Of a stretch of DNA of 62,239 nucleotides, positions 30,157 through 38,819 are shown in pieces (position 1 is the stretch's first letter; each line of letters starts with the position of its first letter). The stretch lies in IMG/VR virus record IMGVR_UViG_3300030202_000729, positions 1 to 62,239 of that record; one strand, given 5' to 3'. The DNA is from a virus (Duplodnaviria; Caudoviricetes). The translations under genes and the position numbers were made by a program. The notes under the pieces are model-generated. The model was not told the DNA's origin. It worked only from the letters and a program-made list of their open reading frames with translations, and made no database searches.

Positions 30157-30440
30157 TATTTCAATTTATCGATCTTTTCTTCTATGCGGTCAAGATCTTC
30201 TTTTAGTTCTTTAACATCTTCTTGCGTAGTCATGATTGTTTGACGGACCAGCTGATCCTTCATGTCAAACTCCATGCGTGTGATCTCTGGTAGGGGAGGT
30301 TCAGGTAGTTCTTTAGCTAGAGCTATATCAGCTTGTAGCGTAAAGTACATACCAATTAAAGCAGCCAACCCCGCTGCTGCCATCCCTATTGTTTTAAGAT
30401 CTAATGTTACTTTAGTATCTTCTCCTATTTGCTTTGCCAT
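30156..30440 (-). CDS. single-pass membrane protein with C-terminal coiled coil
   Basis: 94 aa; IGMAAAGLAALIGMYFTL TM; QEDVKELKEDLDRIEEKIDKL heptads. Confidence 0.75.
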   Translation of the reverse strand: MAKQIGEDTKVTLDLKTIGMAAAGLAALIGMYFTLQADIALAKELPEPPLPEITRMEFDMKDQLVRQTIMTTQEDVKELKEDLDRIEEKIDKLK

Positions 30441-30441
30441 C

Positions 30442-31488
30442 TTATAGTAGTATATAATTTATCCCCACAGAGAAGTCGTGCCACTCTCTATTCCAATATC
30501 TGTTATATTTTCCCTCTAGGAACACGCCGAGGCTTTTTGTAATCTTTGTACCAAACACCAATCCTGCTCCAAAGTCAACCCATTGATCGCTGTTGACAAA
30601 GTTGTGGTATGAGTATTCCCCATCTGTATTCAAATGGTAAGGCATCATGTTACCCCAACTATGTACCCAGAAGTCTTTGCTGTAGTGGTAGTAGTCAAAG
30701 CCTATAACAACTGAGTGTACCCATTGGTCTTGAAGCTCTGATCTCTTAGACGCTACGTAATCATCTAGAACTTGAGGTATTATTACCTGTTCCCAAATTA
30801 CAGCATCGTTAGCTACAAGCTCACCCTGAGGGTTAAAGAACTCTTCTGTATTTACATCAATGCTGTACCCTTCTTGCAACGCAAGTGAAGTGTAGTGTAT
30901 TTGATCATTGTCAAGTACCCACTCCTGCAATGGATCGTATCCATAAGGCTCAGAGATTCTTTGCATTACACCTACATTGACTGAGAACTTCTTACCAATC
31001 TTAGCTCGTAGTCTTTGTGATCCCTCGAAGTAACTAATGTCAGCAAAGCCGTCCTGCAGGTATTCTGCTTTTACAACCCACCAATCATCTATGTATCGTA
31101 TGAAGTAATCTTGATCTAGGAAGTTGCGTCCTTGTTGTCTTCTCCAATCTGCTTCTGCAAGGAACTCAAGTCCGTTGAATTTTCCAACTGTTGCTGCGTC
31201 CCCGTACGTTTTCTCAGTGCCATCATAGAATACATTAGCTCTGTTCTCATAGCCAAAACGCGCAATCTTTCGGACCCCAAGCGTAAGAGAGTAGTCAAAG
31301 GGTGTTTCAATAACCCCGGTTGTAAGTGCTCCGGTAGTGACAGAATATACGTCATCATCAGATACCGAGTTGCCGCCATTAGCCGCTGCGTAGAACGTCG
31401 CTCTTCTAAGCACTTTCTTGTAGAAGTCTCCTTGTGCATAGTTTGTAAGTGGGAGTAAAGCCAGTAATATGATTAGTAGGTACCTCAT
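30442..31488 (-). CDS. putative outer-membrane beta-barrel protein
   Basis: 348 aa; Sec signal ending NYA|Q; alternating aromatic beta-strands; C-terminal DFSVGINY beta-signal-like strand. Confidence 0.7.
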   Translation of the reverse strand: MRYLLIILLALLPLTNYAQGDFYKKVLRRATFYAAANGGNSVSDDDVYSVTTGALTTGVIETPFDYSLTLGVRKIARFGYENRANVFYDGTEKTYGDAATVGKFNGLEFLAEADWRRQQGRNFLDQDYFIRYIDDWWVVKAEYLQDGFADISYFEGSQRLRAKIGKKFSVNVGVMQRISEPYGYDPLQEWVLDNDQIHYTSLALQEGYSIDVNTEEFFNPQGELVANDAVIWEQVIIPQVLDDYVASKRSELQDQWVHSVVIGFDYYHYSKDFWVHSWGNMMPYHLNTDGEYSYHNFVNSDQWVDFGAGLVFGTKITKSLGVFLEGKYNRYWNREWHDFSVGINYILL

Positions 31489-33542
31489 TGCTTTACGATT
31501 GTTTGTTTAAATACTCTGTTCTTGTAATTGATTACTACAGTGTAAACACCTGCAGCTGGTAGCTCTATTTGGGTATCAGCAGTCATCAGTACTTTCTGTC
31601 CTGTAGAACTATACACTGTAGTAAGTGTACCTTCTGGGGCTTGTACATTAATGTAGTCTCTCGTAGGATTAGGATATACTCTTACCTGATCCATATGTGT
31701 AGGTACATTTGTTATTCCGTCGCCGCAGTAGCCGTACATCTCTACACACACCTCATCCCAACCTACTTCACAGCAGTAAGGATCTACAGAGATTACCCAT
31801 GCATAGCACTGGTCATTCAACCAATATGGTTCTCCTGGTCCTGTAATGCATCCTGCATCATAGAAACAATCAGTAGATGTATTGGCCTCTTCGTTGTAGT
31901 TGTATGCGTCTAGGTCCATACATCCTTCTACTATAGCTACACAGCTGTTGTTATCTACGTTAGCTTCAGGCTCGTAGTTTAATGCATCTTGATTAGTGCA
32001 CCCAAAGACTGCTAGTGTTTGACAGCTGCCATCATCGTAGTCAGCTTCAAAGCCTTGCGTATAGTATTCTAGGTAGCCTGCTTGATCACACCCTGGGTTG
32101 TAGTAGCATGTTCCGTCTTCGCTATTTACATCAGGGTTAAAGTTAAATGCTAGGCTATCTGTACACCCGTATGAGAATGGGATACAGCTAGTTCCGCAGT
32201 AGGGAGTAAAGCTGTATACATTCCACTCAGGGTTCTTGAATGGTTGAAGCGCTCCCTGACCATTGTCAAAAAACGGGTTGAGTCCTTCTACCATTAGTGT
32301 GTCTTCAAGCTCGTTTGTTACGAGTATAGAGTTGTGGAGTGTTTGAAACTCCGTCTCTTGGGGAGGCTGTTGGGGGCTGCCTATTTCAAAGTAGTATACG
32401 TCAACCTTTTCGTCAGAGTCAAGAACTAGGTCCCACGACTGAGAGAACTGTCCAGGACCCATGGTAAAGATCCACTGTAGATCACCTTGTTTTACGCCTA
32501 TATGTGAGTTACCCCACCCATCTCCAGCTGCGTCTCCAATTCTTATAGTTGTAAGGCACGGGCTGTTTAGGTCTGAGATTGTAGCAATTGAATCATAGTT
32601 GAATGCTGTTGAATCCATGCAGCCCCATGTATGAAGCACTTCACATGTGTCTTGTGCTGTAGCCAGGGGATTGTAGTCTACGTAGTCATCATTCATACAT
32701 CCGACTATAACGCTATCAGCAGCACAAGGCTCTACGAATACAGGACCAGAGTAGTGGACCATACCATCATTTTCTGAGTAAGCTAAGTCTTCTAGCTCCC
32801 AAACAATTTCTTCATCGCAGGCAGTAATAACTACACCGCCATCCTGCCCACCACTTGAAGAGCCATTAAGACCATCTCCGTATGTATCTGTAAGTATAAG
32901 CTCAAATCCTAGAGCTACACAGAAGTCATAGGTATATGTAGCGAGTTGATCACCAAAGTTAAATCCGCCTGGGAGTACTTGTTCGTAGAATTGACCAACA
33001 GCTAAATCAACAAGAGTGAATCCTGTTTCGTTAGGCCAGTTGTCTAGCGTCAACTCCATGGATACAAATGCTTGACCTTCTGGACACTCACTAACATTGC
33101 AGGTTCCGTTGTCTACCGTAGCCCATGGATTGTAGTTGTTGGATTCATCATTTGTACATCCAGGCACGGGAAGAGCACAAGGCTCTAACATAAAAGGAAC
33201 TGTTATCTGTGCAGTGTTGAAGTCAAATACTGACAAGTCAAGACCACAGTCATTGTTTAGTTTAAACCAACCTTCTCCAAACTGACAGCAAATACCGTCA
33301 CCGAACTGATCGTTCACTACAAGATTGTACTCACCTGATGGTAAGGGTATAAGCTGTTCTGTATAAGACGAGTCAGCATATGGACCTCCAGATGCAAACG
33401 CACTGTCAGATCCAACCATGTATATCTCCCAAGTACTTTCACTTCCGTATGAGTCGGTCTGAAACTCTAGGTTAACCCAGCTTGGTTGTGCTGCTATGAT
33501 ATTAGACAGCCCTATAAATAGTATTGTAAGTAATTGTTTCAT
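31485..33542 (-). CDS. secreted Cys-repeat protein with type IX secretion (T9SS type A) C-terminal sorting domain
   Basis: probable start MKQLL at 33542 (ATGA overlap); signal peptide ending IAA|Q; seven GCx[DN]..[ND][YF]-type repeats; C-terminus VRVYPNPTRDYINV..VYSSTGQKV..LPAAGVYTV..KQTIVKQ. Confidence 0.85.
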   Translation of the reverse strand: MKQLLTILFIGLSNIIAAQPSWVNLEFQTDSYGSESTWEIYMVGSDSAFASGGPYADSSYTEQLIPLPSGEYNLVVNDQFGDGICCQFGEGWFKLNNDCGLDLSVFDFNTAQITVPFMLEPCALPVPGCTNDESNNYNPWATVDNGTCNVSECPEGQAFVSMELTLDNWPNETGFTLVDLAVGQFYEQVLPGGFNFGDQLATYTYDFCVALGFELILTDTYGDGLNGSSSGGQDGGVVITACDEEIVWELEDLAYSENDGMVHYSGPVFVEPCAADSVIVGCMNDDYVDYNPLATAQDTCEVLHTWGCMDSTAFNYDSIATISDLNSPCLTTIRIGDAAGDGWGNSHIGVKQGDLQWIFTMGPGQFSQSWDLVLDSDEKVDVYYFEIGSPQQPPQETEFQTLHNSILVTNELEDTLMVEGLNPFFDNGQGALQPFKNPEWNVYSFTPYCGTSCIPFSYGCTDSLAFNFNPDVNSEDGTCYYNPGCDQAGYLEYYTQGFEADYDDGSCQTLAVFGCTNQDALNYEPEANVDNNSCVAIVEGCMDLDAYNYNEEANTSTDCFYDAGCITGPGEPYWLNDQCYAWVISVDPYCCEVGWDEVCVEMYGYCGDGITNVPTHMDQVRVYPNPTRDYINVQAPEGTLTTVYSSTGQKVLMTADTQIELPAAGVYTVVINYKNRVFKQTIVKQ

Positions 33543-33814
33543 TTGCATCTGCATCTCCACTTTCTAAGTGCTTTGTTAATACGTGAGTTAGGATCTCTTT
33601 TTCCCTTAGATCCTGTTCGTCTTTTCTTCATACCGCACATACGAGCACAGAATGATTTACGTCTAGACTTTTTCTTGCCTTTGGGGTTCTTCTCAGTAAC
33701 CGCCATAGATAACTTACTGCCTGGATTGGCTTTACGATAAGAAGCAATGCCTTTGCGGTTTAGTCCGCCAGACTTGCTTTTACCCTCTTTCCGTGTCCAT
33801 GCTGCCGTTGCCAT
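33539..33814 (-). CDS. small highly basic protein (KSFCARM..NSRINKALRKWRC family)
   Basis: 91 aa, Lys/Arg-rich; pattern recurrent in aquatic phages. Confidence 0.75.
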   Translation of the reverse strand: MATAAWTRKEGKSKSGGLNRKGIASYRKANPGSKLSMAVTEKNPKGKKKSRRKSFCARMCGMKKRRTGSKGKRDPNSRINKALRKWRCRCK

Positions 33815-34041
33815 TACCTAGGATCTGTATTGTCAGACCAGTCGTCTCCTTTAAGGATAGTACTTATCTCTTCATATGTGTACTCAGTTGTTCCGTCAAG
33901 GAACGAGGGTTTATCTCCAATGTACTTGATAACAACTTGTTGCCCATCCAAAGCATGTCTAAGTTTACTTAAGTTAGTAAACGGTAGTTGAGAAAAGTCT
34001 AATGACTCTGCCGTTGATTTATCTATTATTGTCCAGCCCAT
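33814..34041 (-). CDS. hypothetical protein, companion of the LamG-domain gene
   Basis: 75 aa; coupled to the next gene by TAATG overlap. Confidence 0.7.
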   Translation of the reverse strand: MGWTIIDKSTAESLDFSQLPFTNLSKLRHALDGQQVVIKYIGDKPSFLDGTTEYTYEEISTILKGDDWSDNTDPR

Positions 34042-34052
34042 TTTAATTTATT

Positions 34053-34862
34053 TTAACTTGGTACACTAGTACTAGCTGTTGGATTTCCTTCCATTGTCAA
34101 TGATACTCCATTAAGACCACGGTCTTCTGAAAGATCACTTTGAGTACTTCCTACAAATCTGTAGTAACGGTTTAATCTATTTGAATTATCATAATTACCA
34201 TTATCTTCTGTAAGATCAAATGGTACTCCTGAGTTATATATAGCTGCTACTGAATCTGAATCAATAGGAATACTAAATATAGCAATCTCATCCATACTTC
34301 CAGTAAAGTGTTGGGACGCAACTCCATTAGAGTCATCTGCTCCAAAAAGCAAACCTCGTCCACTAGTCACTGTTGTAGCCTCTTGAAAGTTTTTTGTTTT
34401 AGTAGCACCAGTACCTACTTGCGATCCATTTATATAAAGAGTATGAGTACCGTTAGTTGAGTCGTCTGCTCCTCTGGCTATTACATACGCCAAATGCGTC
34501 CAAGTGTCATTAGTGTCTGTAAAACTTGGATTGATTAATTGTATAGTTGCACCAGTTGCACCTCCTAATTTTATAAACATTGAAAATACATCAACAGATG
34601 CATTAAGATATTGATACATACACTCAAATCCTCCCGCAAGAACGTTACCCGTATCACTATAACCAAATAGATTAAAGGTGCTGTCGTACGTTGTTTTAAA
34701 CCAAAAAGAAATACTAAGGCCCGTTCCCCTTATCAAAGTTTGAAGATCAGCTTCGGCAAAAATATCTAGAGCATCGCCTGTACCGTCAAACTCAAGTGAC
34801 TGTAAGTTCTCATATCCTCCTAGAACGGAGTACGATGATATTGATGTTCCTAGACCTAACAT
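34053..34862 (-). CDS. LamG / concanavalin A-like lectin domain protein (putative fibre/receptor binding)
   Basis: SLEFDGTGD, SISFWFK, WTHLAY, LYING, FTGSMDEIAIF motifs. Confidence 0.8.
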   Translation of the reverse strand: MLGLGTSISSYSVLGGYENLQSLEFDGTGDALDIFAEADLQTLIRGTGLSISFWFKTTYDSTFNLFGYSDTGNVLAGGFECMYQYLNASVDVFSMFIKLGGATGATIQLINPSFTDTNDTWTHLAYVIARGADDSTNGTHTLYINGSQVGTGATKTKNFQEATTVTSGRGLLFGADDSNGVASQHFTGSMDEIAIFSIPIDSDSVAAIYNSGVPFDLTEDNGNYDNSNRLNRYYRFVGSTQSDLSEDRGLNGVSLTMEGNPTASTSVPS

Positions 34863-34863
34863 G

Positions 34864-35310
34864 TTATGATCCTGCTACTGATACTGTTACACCTGCTGCT
34901 GCGTATCCTATCATCTTACCACTATCAAGTTCCACAACTCCAAAGTTGCCGTAGATAGTCATACCCTTAGGTATAGTAAGAGTCCCAGACAAGTCTTGTA
35001 TTGATCCAGAATCATCACTTTCTGTAATGTTGGTATCACCTTCACTTGCATCAATTACTGAATCCTCCAACGCACTGAGTGCATAGAAAGGTCCTGTAAA
35101 AGCTTTAGTGCCGCTTAGCAGGACTGTAGATGTAGGAGCCGAAACTCGGTCCATTCTTTCATCAATAGTATCAAGTACAGCATCAATTGCAGTTAGCAAA
35201 GTATTTGCTGAATCTTGAGCTGTTTTGGTTTCTTCTGTAGCTTTTTGGGTTGCTACAGAGGCCTTTCTTTGTTTGTCGAGAAGTCTTTCTCGTGTTGTAT
35301 TAAGTGCCAT
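34864..35310 (-). CDS. putative virion structural protein
   Basis: 148 aa; N-terminal coiled coil, C-terminal TIPKGMTIYGNF beta domain. Confidence 0.55.
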   Translation of the reverse strand: MALNTTRERLLDKQRKASVATQKATEETKTAQDSANTLLTAIDAVLDTIDERMDRVSAPTSTVLLSGTKAFTGPFYALSALEDSVIDASEGDTNITESDDSGSIQDLSGTLTIPKGMTIYGNFGVVELDSGKMIGYAAAGVTVSVAGS

Positions 35311-35312
35311 AA

Positions 35313-35975
35313 TTAGTTTTGTTGTCTATCGTTAGAAGTATCATTTTGTCCAGTGGACATCAAGGTTAGTTCTCCTGTAGCTATGCCGTTAGTGATAATA
35401 CTAACCATATCCATAGGAAGCGGGTAAGGGGACTGGTCATCATAACATTGTCCATCTTCACATGTAGCAAACTCTGCTACTGTTCTAGGGTCTTCAAATA
35501 CCCCTCTTACATTTACCGCCTCAAGTCCTTTAGGGTTGTAGATGTATATGTATTCATCTATAACGTAGAACTTGGTTTGGCCCGCTGTGTATTTATCATA
35601 GGGTATGTATTCAACCTCATAAGGTTCAACTCGTGGGATTGTGCCTGTACCATTGGGCTTACCTATGAATGTAAAGGCGTCTCTAAAGTTAAATCTAACT
35701 GTTCGAGGCAACCTCTCTGACGTCCTATACACAGGACAGTCTTGTGGTAAGTTACAACATTTAGATGCATCTACCTTGATAATATCAAGACATCCTAAAT
35801 CTTGTTCAAGCGAATTAGAGACATAGCCATTTCTAGCATAGTCTCTACGTATAAACATAGCACGGTAGTGCTGTATGTTGAACTTGATCTGGTCTAGCGA
35901 TATGATTTCATCATTACTAGATCTACCAGCCCTAACAAGGTTTAGGATATTGTATGCGATCTCATCTAAAGTCAT
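35313..35975 (-). CDS. tail ring protein (crAss type)
   Basis: 220 aa; MTLDEIAYNI..IKFNI..YR and VRGVFEDP..YPLP motifs. Confidence 0.7.
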   Translation of the reverse strand: MTLDEIAYNILNLVRAGRSSNDEIISLDQIKFNIQHYRAMFIRRDYARNGYVSNSLEQDLGCLDIIKVDASKCCNLPQDCPVYRTSERLPRTVRFNFRDAFTFIGKPNGTGTIPRVEPYEVEYIPYDKYTAGQTKFYVIDEYIYIYNPKGLEAVNVRGVFEDPRTVAEFATCEDGQCYDDQSPYPLPMDMVSIITNGIATGELTLMSTGQNDTSNDRQQN

Positions 35976-36258
35976 CTAACTTGTCTTTAGCACTGATTAG
36001 CTCAGCACATTTTTCGTATTCTTCACTTTCTTCAAAGTACTTAATCATATCTTCCACAACAAGCTTAAACGTGGACGGATCACTTGGGTCAAAGGGCAAG
36101 AATATCATATCAGGACTTCTATCAAGAAGCTCTGATACTGACATTTTACCAGTTGCCACATCAAAAGCATTTCTGTATGCTTCATCTAAGATCTCCAACT
36201 CCTCTTCAACTGAAGAAGAGAAGTCGTAATCGTCGTCTATGTCGTCAAATTCTAACAT
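35962..36258 (-). CDS. acidic protein with UvrB/C-like EEYEKCA helical motif
   Basis: likely start MLEFDD at 36258; the longer track ORF overlaps the phosphoesterase gene. Confidence 0.6.
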   Translation of the reverse strand: MLEFDDIDDDYDFSSSVEEELEILDEAYRNAFDVATGKMSVSELLDRSPDMIFLPFDPSDPSTFKLVVEDMIKYFEESEEYEKCAELISAKDKLDDFR

Positions 36259-37384
36259 TTGTTTGTAGATAACCTTCAAGTCCTCTTTGCTTATTCCATA
36301 TATATGCCTGCCCTGTTCGTTTAGCCTCGTACCCCATCTGCTTGTGCCATTCATCGTTAGGACAAATAGATGGTAGAAACCTAACTTTGATACCTCTGTA
36401 CTCATTGACCATTTCTTTGTGGAGGTGCCCACAATGAACTTCACGGTGTTTTGTTCTTGCAAACATCTCCGGGTTTTCAGTAGCCATTATTAGTGGCATA
36501 TCAGCCGGTTTCTCTTTATCTCCGTGTGTAAACAATAACATGTTCTCTCCGTACTCATAGTACTTACGAGAGCTGTAGTTGTTGTCTACATTCACGTTGG
36601 CATCGTTTCTGAACCATCCTGCGAGTACATCTCCTGCATAGAACATGCGCTCGTAATCGTGGTTACCAGATATCACTAGTACATCAACAGGAGCGATAGT
36701 AGTTAGATAAGTTATAGTTCTTACCATTAACTGGCAGTATCCTCTAAACGTATCTTTCCATCCACCGTTGTCTTGTTGTGGTGTTCCTTTGGTAGTTGAC
36801 ATACGAAGTCCTTCGGAGTTCATACCATCATTACCTATTGGTAGTAGAATCTTTTCTATCTGTAGTCCCCTTGCTTTATGTATAAGGTCTCCTACAACGG
36901 CTAGATATTCTTCTTCTACCTCACGTAGTGATAGATTGTGGAGTTTTCCGTAGTGTATATCTGGTAGTGATACCTCATATACTACAGGGTCAGAGTACTT
37001 TTCATACTCGACCTTTGCAGCTTTCGGGCTGTATTCAGCTGCAAACTCTTCAATCTCCTGTTTGATTGCATCCATGCTCATCGATTCCCCCTTTGTTACT
37101 ACGGAGAATCGTTGGTGTCCTGATACCGTTTGCCAGAACTTTACGCTAGATACATCACCAGGTGCGATGCCATTCTTGTCAAGGAACGTTTGGAACTCAC
37201 TGATAACACTTTCATTATTGTTGGCGTTATCATCAGGCTGTTCCTTAGCCTTTTTTCTTGATTCGTAGAGCGCTGTCTCACAAAGTTCAACATCACACTC
37301 TAGTCTTCCTGAGAGTACTTCCGCACTCTTTTTCAAATACCCAGGCTTCCCCGTTAGGAAGTCTTTGATTTCATTTATAGTCAT
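36245..37384 (-). CDS. calcineurin-like metallophosphoesterase
   Basis: DIHYG, GND, GNHD, HGD and GHLH motifs in canonical order. Confidence 0.88.
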   Translation of the reverse strand: MTINEIKDFLTGKPGYLKKSAEVLSGRLECDVELCETALYESRKKAKEQPDDNANNNESVISEFQTFLDKNGIAPGDVSSVKFWQTVSGHQRFSVVTKGESMSMDAIKQEIEEFAAEYSPKAAKVEYEKYSDPVVYEVSLPDIHYGKLHNLSLREVEEEYLAVVGDLIHKARGLQIEKILLPIGNDGMNSEGLRMSTTKGTPQQDNGGWKDTFRGYCQLMVRTITYLTTIAPVDVLVISGNHDYERMFYAGDVLAGWFRNDANVNVDNNYSSRKYYEYGENMLLFTHGDKEKPADMPLIMATENPEMFARTKHREVHCGHLHKEMVNEYRGIKVRFLPSICPNDEWHKQMGYEAKRTGQAYIWNKQRGLEGYLQTNVRI

Positions 37385-37396
37385 GTGTTTGGTTTA

Positions 37397-37528
37397 TTAT
37401 GACCCACAATTTTCACACTCCTCGGGATTTTCTATGTTACACGTTATCTCACCAGATTTAATTTTATCTTCTTGCTTCTTCAGCTTATCCTGATCTAAAA
37501 AGCTAATGTCATCGAATTCATCTTCCAT
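37397..37528 (-). CDS. 43-aa acidic peptide ending CNIENPEECENCGS
   Basis: read manually; TAATG overlap with the holin stop; fills the gap. Confidence 0.7.
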   Translation of the reverse strand: MEDEFDDISFLDQDKLKKQEDKIKSGEITCNIENPEECENCGS

Positions 37529-37965
37529 TACTTCTTTGCCTTCTTCTCGATAGTTCTACCAGCAAAGTAGGCACCAAATGCTGTAAGCATCAGTAGCTCG
37601 AGTAGAGATACGTAGGAGTCTTTTACGTTGAATGCTACGTTGTCCATGCTGTCTATAAACATAGTTACCATAAACATCCCCATAAGGCATATAAGCGTGA
37701 CAGGACGTATCAGCTTTGCAAGCTTAACATCACTGCCCATATCGGCCTTCCAACGCTCTGTAACGTTCTCCTGGAATCTAACCTCAGCATCAATTACACG
37801 CTGAGCTTCTGCAGGATCTACACCAGGTTCGTTGTCCAAAAGGTTTTTGACTACACCTAGTGCACCACTGTCTGGTAGAAGGTCTCCTACTACACCTAGT
37901 ACTTTCGGTGCTTTGCTTGCTAGCCAAGCTCCTAGCTTTGTATCTTTTATCTTACCCTTACTCAT
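37528..37965 (-). CDS. putative holin
   Basis: 145 aa; VTERWKADM.SD..LAKLIRP, two TM helices, GAYFAGRTIEK basic tail (GTA/3TM holin-like). Confidence 0.7.
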   Translation of the reverse strand: MSKGKIKDTKLGAWLASKAPKVLGVVGDLLPDSGALGVVKNLLDNEPGVDPAEAQRVIDAEVRFQENVTERWKADMGSDVKLAKLIRPVTLICLMGMFMVTMFIDSMDNVAFNVKDSYVSLLELLMLTAFGAYFAGRTIEKKAKK

Positions 37966-37966
37966 A

Positions 37967-38368
37967 TCAACTAGTCATTTTTGCTGCGAAGTACTCTGCC
38001 CTCACACCATTAGTTGAATCGTTAGAATAGATCTTAACATCATTACTTCCGCTCATTACATGCCAAGGAAGCAAGATGTACTCGTTGGGCTTAAGACGAG
38101 CTATGATTTGTGATCCTATTAGGATAAACAAATTCTTATTAGCTGTACTTGTAGCATTCTTTACAAACACAAACAAAGTTATGTCTGTATCTGTATAGTA
38201 ATCAGATGCATCTACCAGGATAGCTGGTGCCCCTGATGCTTCTTTAATAGTTTTGATGCGTCTGTCCGCATCGCTGCTAACGGCAAAAGACTTATCGTGT
38301 CTTGCACCAATAGCATTGCTGAAAAGGTTTCTAGATCTTACACTTAGTCTTGTCGTAATACTTGCCAT
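37967..38368 (-). CDS. small beta-rich putative virion accessory protein; paralog of 29375-29743
   Basis: 133 aa; FVFVKN..IARLKPNEYILLP..RAEY. Confidence 0.6.
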   Translation of the reverse strand: MASITTRLSVRSRNLFSNAIGARHDKSFAVSSDADRRIKTIKEASGAPAILVDASDYYTDTDITLFVFVKNATSTANKNLFILIGSQIIARLKPNEYILLPWHVMSGSNDVKIYSNDSTNGVRAEYFAAKMTS

Positions 38369-38779
38369 TTATTGGATTATTGTAAGGAGTCTCTCTATGT
38401 GCTCACCGGTAATTTCTTCGGGGAGTTGAGACTCTTTAATCATATGCAGGTAAGCCTCTGTAGGCTCATCCAACATATCTTCTACAGCTTGTAGCTGTGC
38501 TTTCCTTTCTTCAATCAAGGTTTCATTATCCTTCTCGAGCTTCTCCATTGCGTCTGCGTCTTGCGCTTCTACAAGTGATTGCATCTTTACGGACACCTCT
38601 TGAAATTCAAAAGTAGGCTCAGCTGCTTTCTCAAGCGGCTCTAGCTTATGTCTCAACTCTTTCAAGTTCTTACCAACGAGAACACTAAAACGTGCTCCTT
38701 TGATTTGTTTAACTGACTCAAGACCTCTGAAGACCTCAAGCAACTCTCTGTTTGTAGCTTCTATTTTAGTAGTTGCCAT
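38369..38779 (-). CDS. helical hypothetical protein (possible fibre chaperone)
   Basis: 136 aa acidic coiled coil immediately after the fibre gene. Confidence 0.55.
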   Translation of the reverse strand: MATTKIEATNRELLEVFRGLESVKQIKGARFSVLVGKNLKELRHKLEPLEKAAEPTFEFQEVSVKMQSLVEAQDADAMEKLEKDNETLIEERKAQLQAVEDMLDEPTEAYLHMIKESQLPEEITGEHIERLLTIIQ

Positions 38780-38806
38780 TTTAATTGTGTTTTATGGTTT
38801 ACAATA

Positions 38807-38814
38807 CAAATATA
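38807..38814 (-). promoter_or_regulatory. Bacteroidota -7 promoter element (TATATTTG)
   Basis: intergenic, ~28 nt upstream of ATG 38779. Confidence 0.6.
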
Positions 38815-38819
38815 TGAAA

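Noticed and set aside
36259-36462. Long overlapping N-terminal extension of the 166-aa ORF
   Set aside because: It lies inside the phosphoesterase gene; ATG 36258 gives a normal short overlap
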